DNA of 64,000 nucleotides from Candidatus Latescibacterota bacterium. GTDB taxonomy: Bacteria > Latescibacterota > UBA2968 > UBA8231. Positions 27,756 through 37,728 of this stretch are shown here, in pieces. The stretch's first letter is position 1. Each line of letters opens with the position of its first letter. Position numbers and translations under genes: made by a program. Below the pieces are notes generated by a model. The model saw only the letters and a program-made list of their open reading frames with translations. It was not told the DNA's origin and ran no database searches. The stretch is taken from positions 3,680,001 through 3,744,000 of the forward strand of contig CBDETY010000003.1 of assembly GCA_965243025.1 (NCBI GenBank). The letters run 5' to 3'.

Positions 27756-29561
27756 GTGCCTGTAAAGACACGTCTTGCATCGATTTTTCGGGTCCTGTCC
27801 GCGGCTCTTGGAATCCTGGCCTGCTCCCCGGAACCCGAGGATTCCGCAGATGATGGCCTCGATCCTGCGGCGCGCAGCGCCCTGGCGCAGCACTCCGAGG
27901 CGGCGGTGCAGAATCCCGGCCAGCCGCAGGCCCATTACAACCTCGGGGTTGCCCTTGCCCGCGCCGGCCGTCACGAGGAAGCCGAAGCGAGTTACCGGCG
28001 GGCGCTTGAACTCGAACCGGAGTACGCCCTCAGCTATCAGGGGCTGGGCCAGCTCGCCTTCCGCCGCGGCGCCAACGATATCGCCGCCAGTTACTTTCGC
28101 CGCGCCGTCGCCGTCGACAGCACACTCGCCGTGGCCCACAACAACCTCGGCCACATACACCACCGCAAGGGAGATGTAGAGGTTGCGGTCCGACACTACG
28201 AACGCGCCGTCCGCCACGAACCCGGACATGCCCAGTACCTGCTGAACCTCGGTCTCGCCTATCGCGCCCTCGGCCGCTTCGACCGCTCCCTGGCGATGGT
28301 GGAGCGCGCCGCCTCCCTCGACAGCACCCTGCAGAACCTCGAGGTCATTCTCGCTTCTCTGTACCTCGCCGACCAGCGCCTTCCCGAGGCCCTCTCCTCG
28401 TACCGGGACCTGGTCGACAAGGGCGGCGGCGCCGGCGCGCACACGGGCCTCGGCGACGTGTACGCCATGCTGTCCGACCTCGACAAGTCCGCGGCCCAGT
28501 ACCGAAGGGTGCTGCAGCTCGATCCGGACAATCCGGAGGTGCATCACAAGCTGGCCAGGGTGCTCGACTTCCAGGGGAACCTGCCCGAGGCGATCCAACT
28601 GCTCGAGAAGGCGGTGCGCCTCGATGAAACCTCGGTTCCCGCCCTGCAGTCCCTGGCCCTGCTCTACGGAAAGGAATCGCGCACCGAGGACGCGGAACGC
28701 GCCCTGTCGAAGGCCAGGGCCCTCGACGGAGACAACGTCGACACTCTGCTGCTTCTGGGAGAGCTGTACACGCGCCAGGGGCGCTACGACGAAGCCGAAC
28801 CGGCCCTCGCCGCGGCGCGCGACCGCGAGCCCTCCCGGGGGGAATGCTGGCGCCTGCTGGGGCTGCTTTACAATGACTGGGGCCGCGGCCCGGAGGCCGA
28901 GAGCGCCCTGCGCAAGGCGGTGGAGCTCGACCCGGCGGCAGCTCCAACGCATTTCAACCTCGCCGCGGCGCTGCGCGGCCTCGGAAAGGGAGCCGCGGCC
29001 GACAGCAGCATGCGGCGCTTCGAGATGCTGCGCGGGATCTCGGAGGAGGTCGCCGAGAGGAAGGGGACGCTGCACCAGACTCCCGGCGACATCCAGAAAC
29101 GGCTGACCCTGGCGCGACATCACCTGATGCTCGGTCAGAGGGAGCAGGCCCGGGTGCAGTACCAGGCCGTCCTCGCTTTGGACCCGTCCCGTGCCGAGGC
29201 CCGACTGGCGCTGGTTCGCATGTACGTCGAGCTGGGCCGGACTCCAACCGCCCTCAGGCTCTGCATGGAGGGGATCGAGCGCTATCCCGACCACCCCGAT
29301 CTCGACCGGCTTTATTTCGCCGCCGGGCAGGTGTATTTCACCGCGGGCCGCCCGAGCGAGGCAGAAGCTGCCTGGAAGCGGGCGCTCGAGCTCGACCCCG
29401 GGTACGACGAGGTGCATTTCGTGCTCGGGGCCCTGTACGAAAGCACGGGGCGCGAAGACCTTGCCGGGGATGCCTACCGTTCGTTCCTGCAGCGTTGGGA
29501 TTCCGATTCGCCCAAGGCGGCCGCCGCCCGGAAAGGCCTGGAGCGCCTCGCCTCCCGCTGA
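27756..29561 (+). CDS. Tetratricopeptide-repeat lipoprotein
   Basis: Many TPRs (AHYNLGVAL...YRRALELEP; AHNNLG; KRALELDP). Lipobox ILAC. ORF is open from 27660 and the start is uncertain. Confidence 0.88.
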   Translation: MPVKTRLASIFRVLSAALGILACSPEPEDSADDGLDPAARSALAQHSEAAVQNPGQPQAHYNLGVALARAGRHEEAEASYRRALELEPEYALSYQGLGQLAFRRGANDIAASYFRRAVAVDSTLAVAHNNLGHIHHRKGDVEVAVRHYERAVRHEPGHAQYLLNLGLAYRALGRFDRSLAMVERAASLDSTLQNLEVILASLYLADQRLPEALSSYRDLVDKGGGAGAHTGLGDVYAMLSDLDKSAAQYRRVLQLDPDNPEVHHKLARVLDFQGNLPEAIQLLEKAVRLDETSVPALQSLALLYGKESRTEDAERALSKARALDGDNVDTLLLLGELYTRQGRYDEAEPALAAARDREPSRGECWRLLGLLYNDWGRGPEAESALRKAVELDPAAAPTHFNLAAALRGLGKGAAADSSMRRFEMLRGISEEVAERKGTLHQTPGDIQKRLTLARHHLMLGQREQARVQYQAVLALDPSRAEARLALVRMYVELGRTPTALRLCMEGIERYPDHPDLDRLYFAAGQVYFTAGRPSEAEAAWKRALELDPGYDEVHFVLGALYESTGREDLAGDAYRSFLQRWDSDSPKAAAARKGLERLASR

Positions 29562-31357
29562 TGGCGGTCGCGCGCACGGCTGCGGTTCTCGCTGTCTTCG
29601 CAGCGACAGGCTGCCAGGAGGCCACCCCGCCGCACAGCCCGCCCCCCGCGGACGGCGCCGAGGCCGCCGGATCTCCCGTGAGGTTTGTCGACATCGCCGC
29701 CGAATCCGGCCTCGCCTTCCGGCACACCAACGGGGCGACCCCGCACAAGTACTTCCCGGAAACCGCAGGCGGAGGGGGCATGTTGTGGGATTTCGACGAC
29801 GACGGCCTCCTCGACATCTACCTCGTCAACAGCGGCTGGGTCGTGGAGGAAGACCGGGGGGAACCGGTGTACAACGCACTCTACCACAACACCGGCGCCG
29901 GAAGACTCGCGGAGGTAGCTGCCCGCGCCGGGGTCGATGACGCCGGCTACGGCATGGGCTGCGCCGCCGGCGATTACGACAACGACGGCGACCCGGATCT
30001 CTTCGTCACCAACTACGGACCGAACAGCTTCTTCAGGAACGACGGCGCCAGCCAACCTTCCGGGCACGTTTCGTTCGCCGAGGTATCGCAGCGTCTCGAG
30101 GTCGCCGACGGTCGCTGGGGAACGGGCAGCGCCTTCGCCGACTACGACCGCGACGGGGATCTCGATCTCTACGTCGCCAACTACGTCGACTACGTACCGA
30201 AACGGGATGTCGGGGCCTCGGTTCCGAACCTGCCGGCTCAGGATCTCGCCGGCTACGAAGGAGACATCCCGGCCTACCCACATCCGGGTGCCTTCCGCGG
30301 CAGCGCCGACATACTGTACCGCAACGACGGAGACCCGGGATTCCGCCAGGTGACGCGCGAAGCCGGCGTCCACGACGATAGCGGCAAGGGGCTCGGGGTG
30401 ATCTTCGGGGACTGCAACGGCGACGGCTGGCCCGATCTCTACGTCGCCAACGACCTGGTCCGCAACTTCCTGTTCATCAACAACGGGGACGGCACCTTCG
30501 AGGAGGCGGCCCTGCGCGCCGGGACCTCCTTCGGGCAGGACGGGAAAGTCGAGGCCGGCATGGGCGCGGACTTCGGCGACTACGACAACGACGGGGACCT
30601 CGACATTACCGTGACCAACTTCCAGAAGGAGCCGAACAGCCTCTACCGCAACGAGGGCAACGGCTTCTTCGCCAACGAGACCTTCGCCTCGGGAATCGGA
30701 CTGATCTCGCTGCCCCCCCTGGGTTTCGGGACCGGCTTTTTCGATTTCGACAACGACGGGCTTCTCGACCTTTTCGCTGCCAACGGACACGTCCTCGACA
30801 ACGTCGAGCTGTTCGACCGGTCGACGACCTACCCCCAGGCCAACCAGCTGCTGCGCAACCTCGGGCCCGGCAGGTACGGCAAGTTCACCTTCGCCGACGT
30901 CACGGCCGCTTCGGGGCCGGGGATGCAGCTGGTGCAACCGAGCCGGGGCAGCGCCTCCGGGGACTTCGACAACGACGGGGACGTCGACCTGCTGGTCGTC
31001 AATCTCGGGGAACCCGCGGTGCTGCTGCGCAACGACGGCGGCAACCGCGGCAACTGGCTTGCGATCGAAGCGGAGGGCGTGGCCAGCAACCGCGACGGCA
31101 TCGGCGCCCGCATCCGCGTCGTGTCCGGCGGCCTCGCCCAGACCAGGGAAGTGCGGGGAAGCCGCAGCTACCTTTCGCAGAGCGACCTGCGCGTGCACTT
31201 CGGGCTTGGCGAACGCACCCTCGCCGACAGCATCCTCATCTCCTGGCCGGCCGGCGGAAGCGACCTGGTTACCGGGGTTCGCGCCAACCAGTTCCTGGTG
31301 ATTCGCGAGGGCTCCGGCAGTAGCGGCCGCGACCGGGCGCAGGCGGGCTCGCTTTGA
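29561..31357 (+). CDS. CRTAC1-family FG-GAP/ASPIC-UnbV lipoprotein
   Basis: TGATG coupling to the TPR gene; ATGC lipobox; DFDDDG and DYDNDGD repeats; AGMGADFGD; SNRDGIGA...SYLSQS...HFGLG. Confidence 0.9.
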   Translation: MAVARTAAVLAVFAATGCQEATPPHSPPPADGAEAAGSPVRFVDIAAESGLAFRHTNGATPHKYFPETAGGGGMLWDFDDDGLLDIYLVNSGWVVEEDRGEPVYNALYHNTGAGRLAEVAARAGVDDAGYGMGCAAGDYDNDGDPDLFVTNYGPNSFFRNDGASQPSGHVSFAEVSQRLEVADGRWGTGSAFADYDRDGDLDLYVANYVDYVPKRDVGASVPNLPAQDLAGYEGDIPAYPHPGAFRGSADILYRNDGDPGFRQVTREAGVHDDSGKGLGVIFGDCNGDGWPDLYVANDLVRNFLFINNGDGTFEEAALRAGTSFGQDGKVEAGMGADFGDYDNDGDLDITVTNFQKEPNSLYRNEGNGFFANETFASGIGLISLPPLGFGTGFFDFDNDGLLDLFAANGHVLDNVELFDRSTTYPQANQLLRNLGPGRYGKFTFADVTAASGPGMQLVQPSRGSASGDFDNDGDVDLLVVNLGEPAVLLRNDGGNRGNWLAIEAEGVASNRDGIGARIRVVSGGLAQTREVRGSRSYLSQSDLRVHFGLGERTLADSILISWPAGGSDLVTGVRANQFLVIREGSGSSGRDRAQAGSL

Positions 31358-31515
31358 CCCCGGAACCGGACCGCGGCGACCTGCCGTCCGCTGGCACTGA
31401 CAAGCTCCCGGCGCAAAGCCTCCCGCGGTGAGTCGGGCGCAAATGACACCGATGAAGGGGCGGTGCATCCGGTGAAGCTTCCCCATCTGCAACGACCCCG
31501 CGACCGCGGAAGGGG

Positions 31516-33463
31516 GTGAACCCTGCCCGGGCAGCGATTTCCCTTCCGGGCCGTCGGCGTCGGCGCCCTGATGGCCTTTGTCATAGCCACTTTGTTCCCC
31601 TACGGCGTCCTCGTCAGGGGCACCTCCATCGGCCCCACCGATTTCATCACCTCGGAGTCGCTGTTACTGCTGTTCCTCCTGGTCGTCGTCAACACCCCGG
31701 CGAGGTTGCTGCTGCCGCGGTTTGCCTTCTCGGCTCAGGAGCTGGTCGTCATCTACGCGATGATGATCGCCGCTTCCGCGGTCCCCATCATCGGCGTTAC
31801 CGCCCAGCTGATTCCCTTTCTGCCGGGCGTCTACTACTTCGCCACCCCCGAGAACCACTGGGACGAGCTGATCCACCCCTACGTGAAATCCTGGCTGGTC
31901 CCCCAGGACGAGGCCGCAATCCGCTACTTCTTCGAGGGCCTGCCGAAAGGTCTTTCCATCCCGTGGGAAGCGTGGATGGTCCCGCTGCTGATGTGGGGGT
32001 CCTTCATGCTCTCCCTCTACCTGATGATGATCGCGGTGGCGACGCTGATGCACAGGCGCTGGCAGGACGAACGACTCGTCTACCCGCTCGTGCAGCTCCC
32101 CCTCGAAATGGTGTCCGAGGACGGCGGCTCACCTGTGAACCGGTTCCTCAAAAGCCCGCTCATGTGGCTGGGGTTCGCCATACCGTTCGTCCTGTTCAGC
32201 ATCTCCGGTCTCCACGCTCATTTTCCCGCCATTCCCGACCTCGAGCTCAGCACCCGGATACCGCTGTTCTACGGCATGAAGGGATTGGGGTACGCCCAGG
32301 ACGAGGTCTTCGTCTCGTTGCGCTTCCTCCTCATCGGGCTGAGCTACTTCGTCCCTCTCGAAGTTTCGTTCAGCCTGTGGTTCTTCTACCTGCTCAACCA
32401 CCTGCAGGCCGGCCTCTTCACGCGCATCGGTTTCGACGTGCCCGGTTTCCAGGAGCTGCACTCCGAAGGCACCATCGCCAGCGCCCACCAGGGCATGGGG
32501 GCGATGATCGCCCTCGTGGCGGTTTCCCTGTGGACGGCGAGAGGACACCTGGCCGGCGCATTCCGTTCCGCATTCTCCAGGAGCCCTGCCGGGGACGGCG
32601 AGGAGATGCTGCGCTACCGCACCTGTGTCTGGATGCTGCTCGCGGCGGCGGCTTACGCGGTGGTCTGGCTGAACGCCGCAGGGGTGCCGGTCGCCGTCGC
32701 CGTGGCCCTGCTTGCGGTGGCGTTCGCCGTCTTCATCGGTCTGACGCGGGTGGTCGCCGAAGGGGGGATCGGTTACGGCCGGGCGACCATGACCCCGATG
32801 GGATTTACCGTGCACCTGTTCGGGACTGCCCGGATAGGTCCGGAAGGGCTGACCCATTTCGCCCTTGCCCACGGCTGGGGGGGAGACATCCGCACCACGG
32901 TGATGACCTCGGCGGCGAACGGCCTCAAGCTCGCAACCGCAACCCGAACCCGGCAGCAGCCGCTGTTCTGGGCGATCCTCGTCGCGGTGACAGTGGCGCT
33001 GGCCGGATCCGCCTGGACCGTGATTGCGGCAGGCTACGCCCACGGCGGGATCAACCTGCACTACTGGTTCTACGGCTATTTCGGACAGTGGGCTTACGAG
33101 CAGCTTGCGATCAAGCAGCTCAACCCGATACCGGACTGGAACATCCTCGGGCCCCGGGGGCTGTTCACCGCCCTCGGGGCCGGCAGTATGGGGATGCTGA
33201 TGTTCCTCCGCCACCGGTTTCTCGGCTGGCCGCTGCACTACATCGGCTTTCCGGTCGCCGGCACCTACGTCATGTTCTTCTCCTGGTTCGGCCTTTTCAC
33301 GGGCTGGCTGCTCAAGCTCGTCATCCTCAGGTACGGGGGCGGCCGTCTCTACCTGCGCCTGCGTCCCTTCTTTCTGGGGATGGTGCTGGGGAATATCGTC
33401 TGTGCCGGCTTCTGGATGGGGGTGACCCTGATCACCGGCGTGCGCGCCCCTGTTCCCCTTTGA
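31516..33463 (+). CDS. DUF6785/DUF6784-like polytopic membrane protein (possible transporter); 5' end ambiguous or frameshifted
   Basis: Main ORF 31571-33463 has about 16 hydrophobic segments and motifs RRWQDERLVYPLVQLP, FEVSFSLWFFYL-like, GWPLHYIG, RPFFLGMVLG. See the finding on its start. Confidence 0.75.
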
Positions 33464-33583
33464 GGGCCGGGGAACGGGGGGCCTGCCATCGCCGCGACCG
33501 GGAGAACCGCCCCGGTGCCCCGGCGCGGTGCCGCACCGGGCCGCACCTTTTGCCGCTGCCGGCGGCGAATCCGCTTTTCCCTG

Positions 33584-35791
33584 TTATCTCTTCAGGTCGC
33601 CGAACCTGAGCACCGGGGGCGAGACGATCCTGAATTCGGGGTTTCCCTCTTCGATTTCCAGGAAGGAATCCATCGGAACCCCGGTGAACGCCTGTGTCTC
33701 GCCGGAAGCGGGCCAGTACACCTCCAGCATGTCGACCTTTTCCGCGGCCCCCAGGCCGATCGTCTGACGCAGGGGATTGGCGCCGAACGAGCCGCCGCTG
33801 TTGACGTGCTTGTAGATCGCGCGGCTTCCCTGCCCGCCGCTGACGTCGACGCGGATGCGGGCGCCGATGGCGGAACGGTTGGAACCGGTTCCGGTGAGGC
33901 GAACGGCGATCCAGTGGTTGCCGAACCCGGGGTTCTCGTAGAAGCTGTCGAAGTAACCGTCTCCCTTGTACGCCCCGCCCATCTGCTCGAAGACATCCTG
34001 GTCGCCGTCGTTGTCGAAATCGGCGAAGGCGACGCCGTGGCCTTTCTGCAGGTGGCCGAACCCCCCTGCCGTGGTCACGTCGGCGAAGCGTTCACCGACG
34101 ACGTTGAGGTACATGAGATTGGGCATCAGCTCGGCGTAGTCGGTATCTCCGGTCCCGAGGTAGAAGTCGCAGAAACCGTCGTTGTCGAGGTCCCCGAAGT
34201 TGGCGCCCATCGGTTTCGTCGGTTTGACGAGGTTGCTCTGCCGGGCGACGTCGACGAAACCGCCCCGGCCGTCGCCGCGGTACAGCCGCGACAGCCCGGC
34301 GCGGAAGGCAAGGCCGAGGTAGGATGCGGCGACGTCGGCAACCCCGGCCTCGTAGGAGGCGACGTACAGGTCGAGGTGGCCGTCGTTGTCGTAGTCCCAG
34401 AACCAGCAGGGAAAGCTGTACCTCGGGCCGGCTACCCCGAGGTCGGCGGCGACGTCGGTGAACCGGCCGCCGGCGTTGTTGCGGTACATGCGGTTGGCGG
34501 CGCCGAGGTTCGAGACGTACAGGTCGGGGAAGCCGTCGGCGTCGTAGTCCCCCCAGACCACCGCTTTCGCATAGCGGTCGTTGACCACGCCGGCGGCCGA
34601 GGCGACTTCGGAAAAGGTGCCGTCCCCTTCGTTGCGGAACAGCTGCGACGGGGATATCTGCCAGTCCGAGGATTCGTTGCCGATGTAGACGTCGACGTCG
34701 CCGTCGTTGTCGAAATCCGCCCAGGATCCGGTCTGCGTCGGGTAGTGCCCTTCCCCCATTCCCGCCGCATAGGTCGCGTCGGAAAACCTGGCGCTTCCAT
34801 CCGGCGCGTCCGACAGGTTGCGCAGCAGAGAGTTGGGGTGGCGGCCCGATTCGGCGAACCACCCTCCGCGAAGCACGAGGAGGTCGAGCCGGCCGTCGTT
34901 GTCGTAGTCGGCCTGCACGAGATTGAGGCCCCCGACGATACCGGTGAGATGGGCTTTCTCCGTCTCGTCTGCAAAGACACCCGAGCTGTTGCGCAGGAAC
35001 CGCAGCTGGCCCGCGATGTCGGAGGTCGACACGACGAGGTCGAGCAGACCGTCGTTGTCGAAGTCGTCGGCCACGGCGCCCCCCGACAGGGAGAAGGTTC
35101 CGACTCCCAGGGGCGGACCGATGTTGGTGAAACGCGGGAACTCCGCCTCCGACTCGAAGGCCGAGGGAGGAATCAGGTAGCGGTGGGGAACCCCGGAGGG
35201 GTACTCGCCGACCGTCATGCAGGCGATGTTGAGCAGCCATGTCGCCTCGAGCCGCAGGGCGGTTGCGCTCTCCGGGGTGGAGGCGAGGAGGCGCTCGAGC
35301 CGGGCGATCGCCTGCCGCGACCCCTCCTGTTCCCGGTGCACCCCGCCCCCCTGAATCGGCAGCAGGCAGCTGTCCGGAGAATGCCGCAGGCAGCAGTTCT
35401 CGGTCTCCCCCAGGCGCAGGTACGCCAGCGCCAGGCGCATGCCGACGGCGTTGCGGAAATCGGAGGCGCCGCGCCCGGCGAGCAGGCGGTCGGCCTCGGA
35501 AAGGCGCGCGATCGCCGCGGCTTCCTCGCCGAGGAACAGCTCCGCCACCCCGAGATCGAAGTTCAGCCTGGCGCGCTCCGGGACCGGCGCGGCCGCCGGC
35601 AGGGAGGCGAGCTCTTTGCGCAAGCGCTCCGCTTCCGCCGCTCCCTGGTAGGGATTGCCCGCCAGGGTGGCGTCGCTCACCGCCCTGAGCTCGCCGAGCA
35701 TGCGTTCGTGCGAGGGCCCGGCGGCCCATCCGGTTGCGGCGGCGGCCCCCAAAAGGAGGAAGGCTGTTGCGATCATCGAAGGAGGTTTCAT
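33584..35791 (-). CDS. CRTAC1-family protein with N-terminal helical/TPR-like Cys-His domain
   Basis: Start MKPPSMIATAFLL at 35791. GETENCC...HSPDSCLLPI..GGVH...WLLNIA; FG-GAP repeats; GHLQKGHG; SGGSFG ASPIC tail. Confidence 0.87.
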   Translation of the reverse strand: MKPPSMIATAFLLLGAAAATGWAAGPSHERMLGELRAVSDATLAGNPYQGAAEAERLRKELASLPAAAPVPERARLNFDLGVAELFLGEEAAAIARLSEADRLLAGRGASDFRNAVGMRLALAYLRLGETENCCLRHSPDSCLLPIQGGGVHREQEGSRQAIARLERLLASTPESATALRLEATWLLNIACMTVGEYPSGVPHRYLIPPSAFESEAEFPRFTNIGPPLGVGTFSLSGGAVADDFDNDGLLDLVVSTSDIAGQLRFLRNSSGVFADETEKAHLTGIVGGLNLVQADYDNDGRLDLLVLRGGWFAESGRHPNSLLRNLSDAPDGSARFSDATYAAGMGEGHYPTQTGSWADFDNDGDVDVYIGNESSDWQISPSQLFRNEGDGTFSEVASAAGVVNDRYAKAVVWGDYDADGFPDLYVSNLGAANRMYRNNAGGRFTDVAADLGVAGPRYSFPCWFWDYDNDGHLDLYVASYEAGVADVAASYLGLAFRAGLSRLYRGDGRGGFVDVARQSNLVKPTKPMGANFGDLDNDGFCDFYLGTGDTDYAELMPNLMYLNVVGERFADVTTAGGFGHLQKGHGVAFADFDNDGDQDVFEQMGGAYKGDGYFDSFYENPGFGNHWIAVRLTGTGSNRSAIGARIRVDVSGGQGSRAIYKHVNSGGSFGANPLRQTIGLGAAEKVDMLEVYWPASGETQAFTGVPMDSFLEIEEGNPEFRIVSPPVLRFGDLKR

Positions 35792-36008
35792 GGATTGCGG
35801 CAGCTGTTTACCCGAGGGTTTCGAAAATACCTTCCGCCATTCCCTCTTCCAATCGCCGCCCACATTCCCCTGTCCCGACCAATGCGGGGACATGGCGTCC
35901 GTGCGCCCACCGGTGCGGTTCCGCATCTTTTCCCGGGAAGCATCAAAAAGGAAATCTCGACGCGAGGACGGTTTGTCAGCCCCTGTTCCGGCAGACTTCT
36001 GCAATACG

Positions 36009-37508
36009 GTGCGCACATCGATACCGGCGGCGTTGCTCGCCGTATCCCTGGCTTCCTGCTCGGAGGAGGTCGACGAGAACACCGCCCTGGGAATACGGCA
36101 CTTCACCACGGGCGATCTCACCGTCGCCCTGGAGGCCCTCCAGGCAGCCGACCGCGAGGGAACCGCCGACGAGGTGACCTACAGCTACCTGGCTCGCACC
36201 CACCTCGGCCTCGGCAAGTACGGCGAGGCGCACGAGGCGATAGAAAAGGGGATCGCCCTGGACCCGGAACAGGCCCAGCTGCACGAAATCCACGGCTCCG
36301 TGCATGCGGCCCGTTATGCCGCCCGCGCCTGGACGGAGATCCAGGACCGGGATGCCGAGGATGCGGTCAACGCCTACACCAGGGCCATCGAGCTCGGTCC
36401 CGGCCGTCCCTCTCCCCATTACAACCTCGGCGTCATGCACAGCTACCGCGACAGCTCAAGGCTGGCCGAGGCGGCCTTCCGCGCCGCCCTGAAAGCCGAT
36501 CCGGCAATGGCCCAGGCTCACAAGAAGCTCGGCCGGATCCTGCGCCACAAAGGCCGCGCCGAAGAGGCGGCCGGAGCGTTCGAGCAGGCGGTCCGGAACG
36601 CCCCGGACGACTCCGAAGCCCACTACCGCCTCGGGTTGTCATACCGGGACCTGGGGCGCTTCGAGGAGGCCGCCGGGGTAATGGAGAAGGCGGTCGAGCT
36701 CAATCCCCGGGCCCCCAAGCTGCGCCTTACCCTGGGGAACCTTTACATGCGCCTGGGCAGGCGCGAGGACGGCAGGCGCGAGATGGAGCGCTCCGAGGAG
36801 CTCCGCCGTGAGATGCAGGGGCTGCACGCCGAGATCACCCCTCCGGACGGCCCCGTCGTTTCCATCGGCACCCTCCGCGACCACTACCACCTCGGCTACA
36901 AATACATGCTTGCCGGCGACCTGCCCAACGCCCTGCTGGAGTTCCGGCGCGCGATGGAAATCGATCCCGAACACAGGGACTCCATAACCGGTCTGGCGAT
37001 GGTCCTGACGCAGCTGGGACGACTTGACGAAGCCGCGGTCCAATTCGAGAAGAGCTCCGACCTCGACCCGGGCGACCCGCTGGGACACGCGCGTCTCGGA
37101 CGCCTCTACCTGGAACTCGGAGAGCTCGCCGCATCCCTGCGCTCCTTCGAGAAATCCGCCGAGCTCGACAGCACCATACCCGAGACCTTCAACAGCCTGG
37201 GAATGGTCGCCGCGCGCATGGACGACCCCGGGGAGGCGGTCGCCTACTTCTCCAAGGCGCTGGAACTGAAGCCGGATTACGTCGAAGCGCAGATCGGCAT
37301 CGGAGTCACCCACTTCCGGCTCGGCCGCCTCGAGGCCGCGGCGGCGGCGTATGAACGGGCGCTCGAGCTCGACCCGGACAACCCCCGCGTCCTCGTGTAC
37401 CTCGGGGATACATGCAGGAAGCTCGGCAGGCTCGAAGAGAGCGAGAAGCTGTACGAGCGGGCGCGGGCGCTGAGGCGGGAGCAGGTGGAAGCTTCGGGGT
37501 CGGGATAG
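36009..37508 (+). CDS. Tetratricopeptide-repeat lipoprotein
   Basis: Likely GTG start at 36009 (MRTSIPAALLAVSLASC lipobox); multiple TPRs. The upstream ORF extension overlaps the divergent gene. Confidence 0.87.
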   Translation: MRTSIPAALLAVSLASCSEEVDENTALGIRHFTTGDLTVALEALQAADREGTADEVTYSYLARTHLGLGKYGEAHEAIEKGIALDPEQAQLHEIHGSVHAARYAARAWTEIQDRDAEDAVNAYTRAIELGPGRPSPHYNLGVMHSYRDSSRLAEAAFRAALKADPAMAQAHKKLGRILRHKGRAEEAAGAFEQAVRNAPDDSEAHYRLGLSYRDLGRFEEAAGVMEKAVELNPRAPKLRLTLGNLYMRLGRREDGRREMERSEELRREMQGLHAEITPPDGPVVSIGTLRDHYHLGYKYMLAGDLPNALLEFRRAMEIDPEHRDSITGLAMVLTQLGRLDEAAVQFEKSSDLDPGDPLGHARLGRLYLELGELAASLRSFEKSAELDSTIPETFNSLGMVAARMDDPGEAVAYFSKALELKPDYVEAQIGIGVTHFRLGRLEAAAAAYERALELDPDNPRVLVYLGDTCRKLGRLEESEKLYERARALRREQVEASGSG

Positions 37509-37728
37509 CCGGTTCAGCCAGGGGCGCTGCCGGGACACTCGCCGCCACCACCTCGCCGGCACATCGGGGGCATCCCCCCGGGGGGAGCGCCGACAACCCT
37601 TCCGCGAACCATCGCCGCCGCCGGTCCGGGTTGCCGGACCTTCCGCAGCGGCGGCACCGTCCCTCGCCGTTCCGCCCGGGCGAGAGGCAGATCACCGGCC
37701 TGTTCGGGCCGTGATGGATCCGGGGGGC

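Noticed and set aside
33464-37728. GC-rich hairpins in convergent intergenic gaps (about 33511-33540 and 37565-37580; also 4908-4930)
   Set aside because: They have no U-tracts and no shared consensus, so I cannot support a REP family or ncRNA call.
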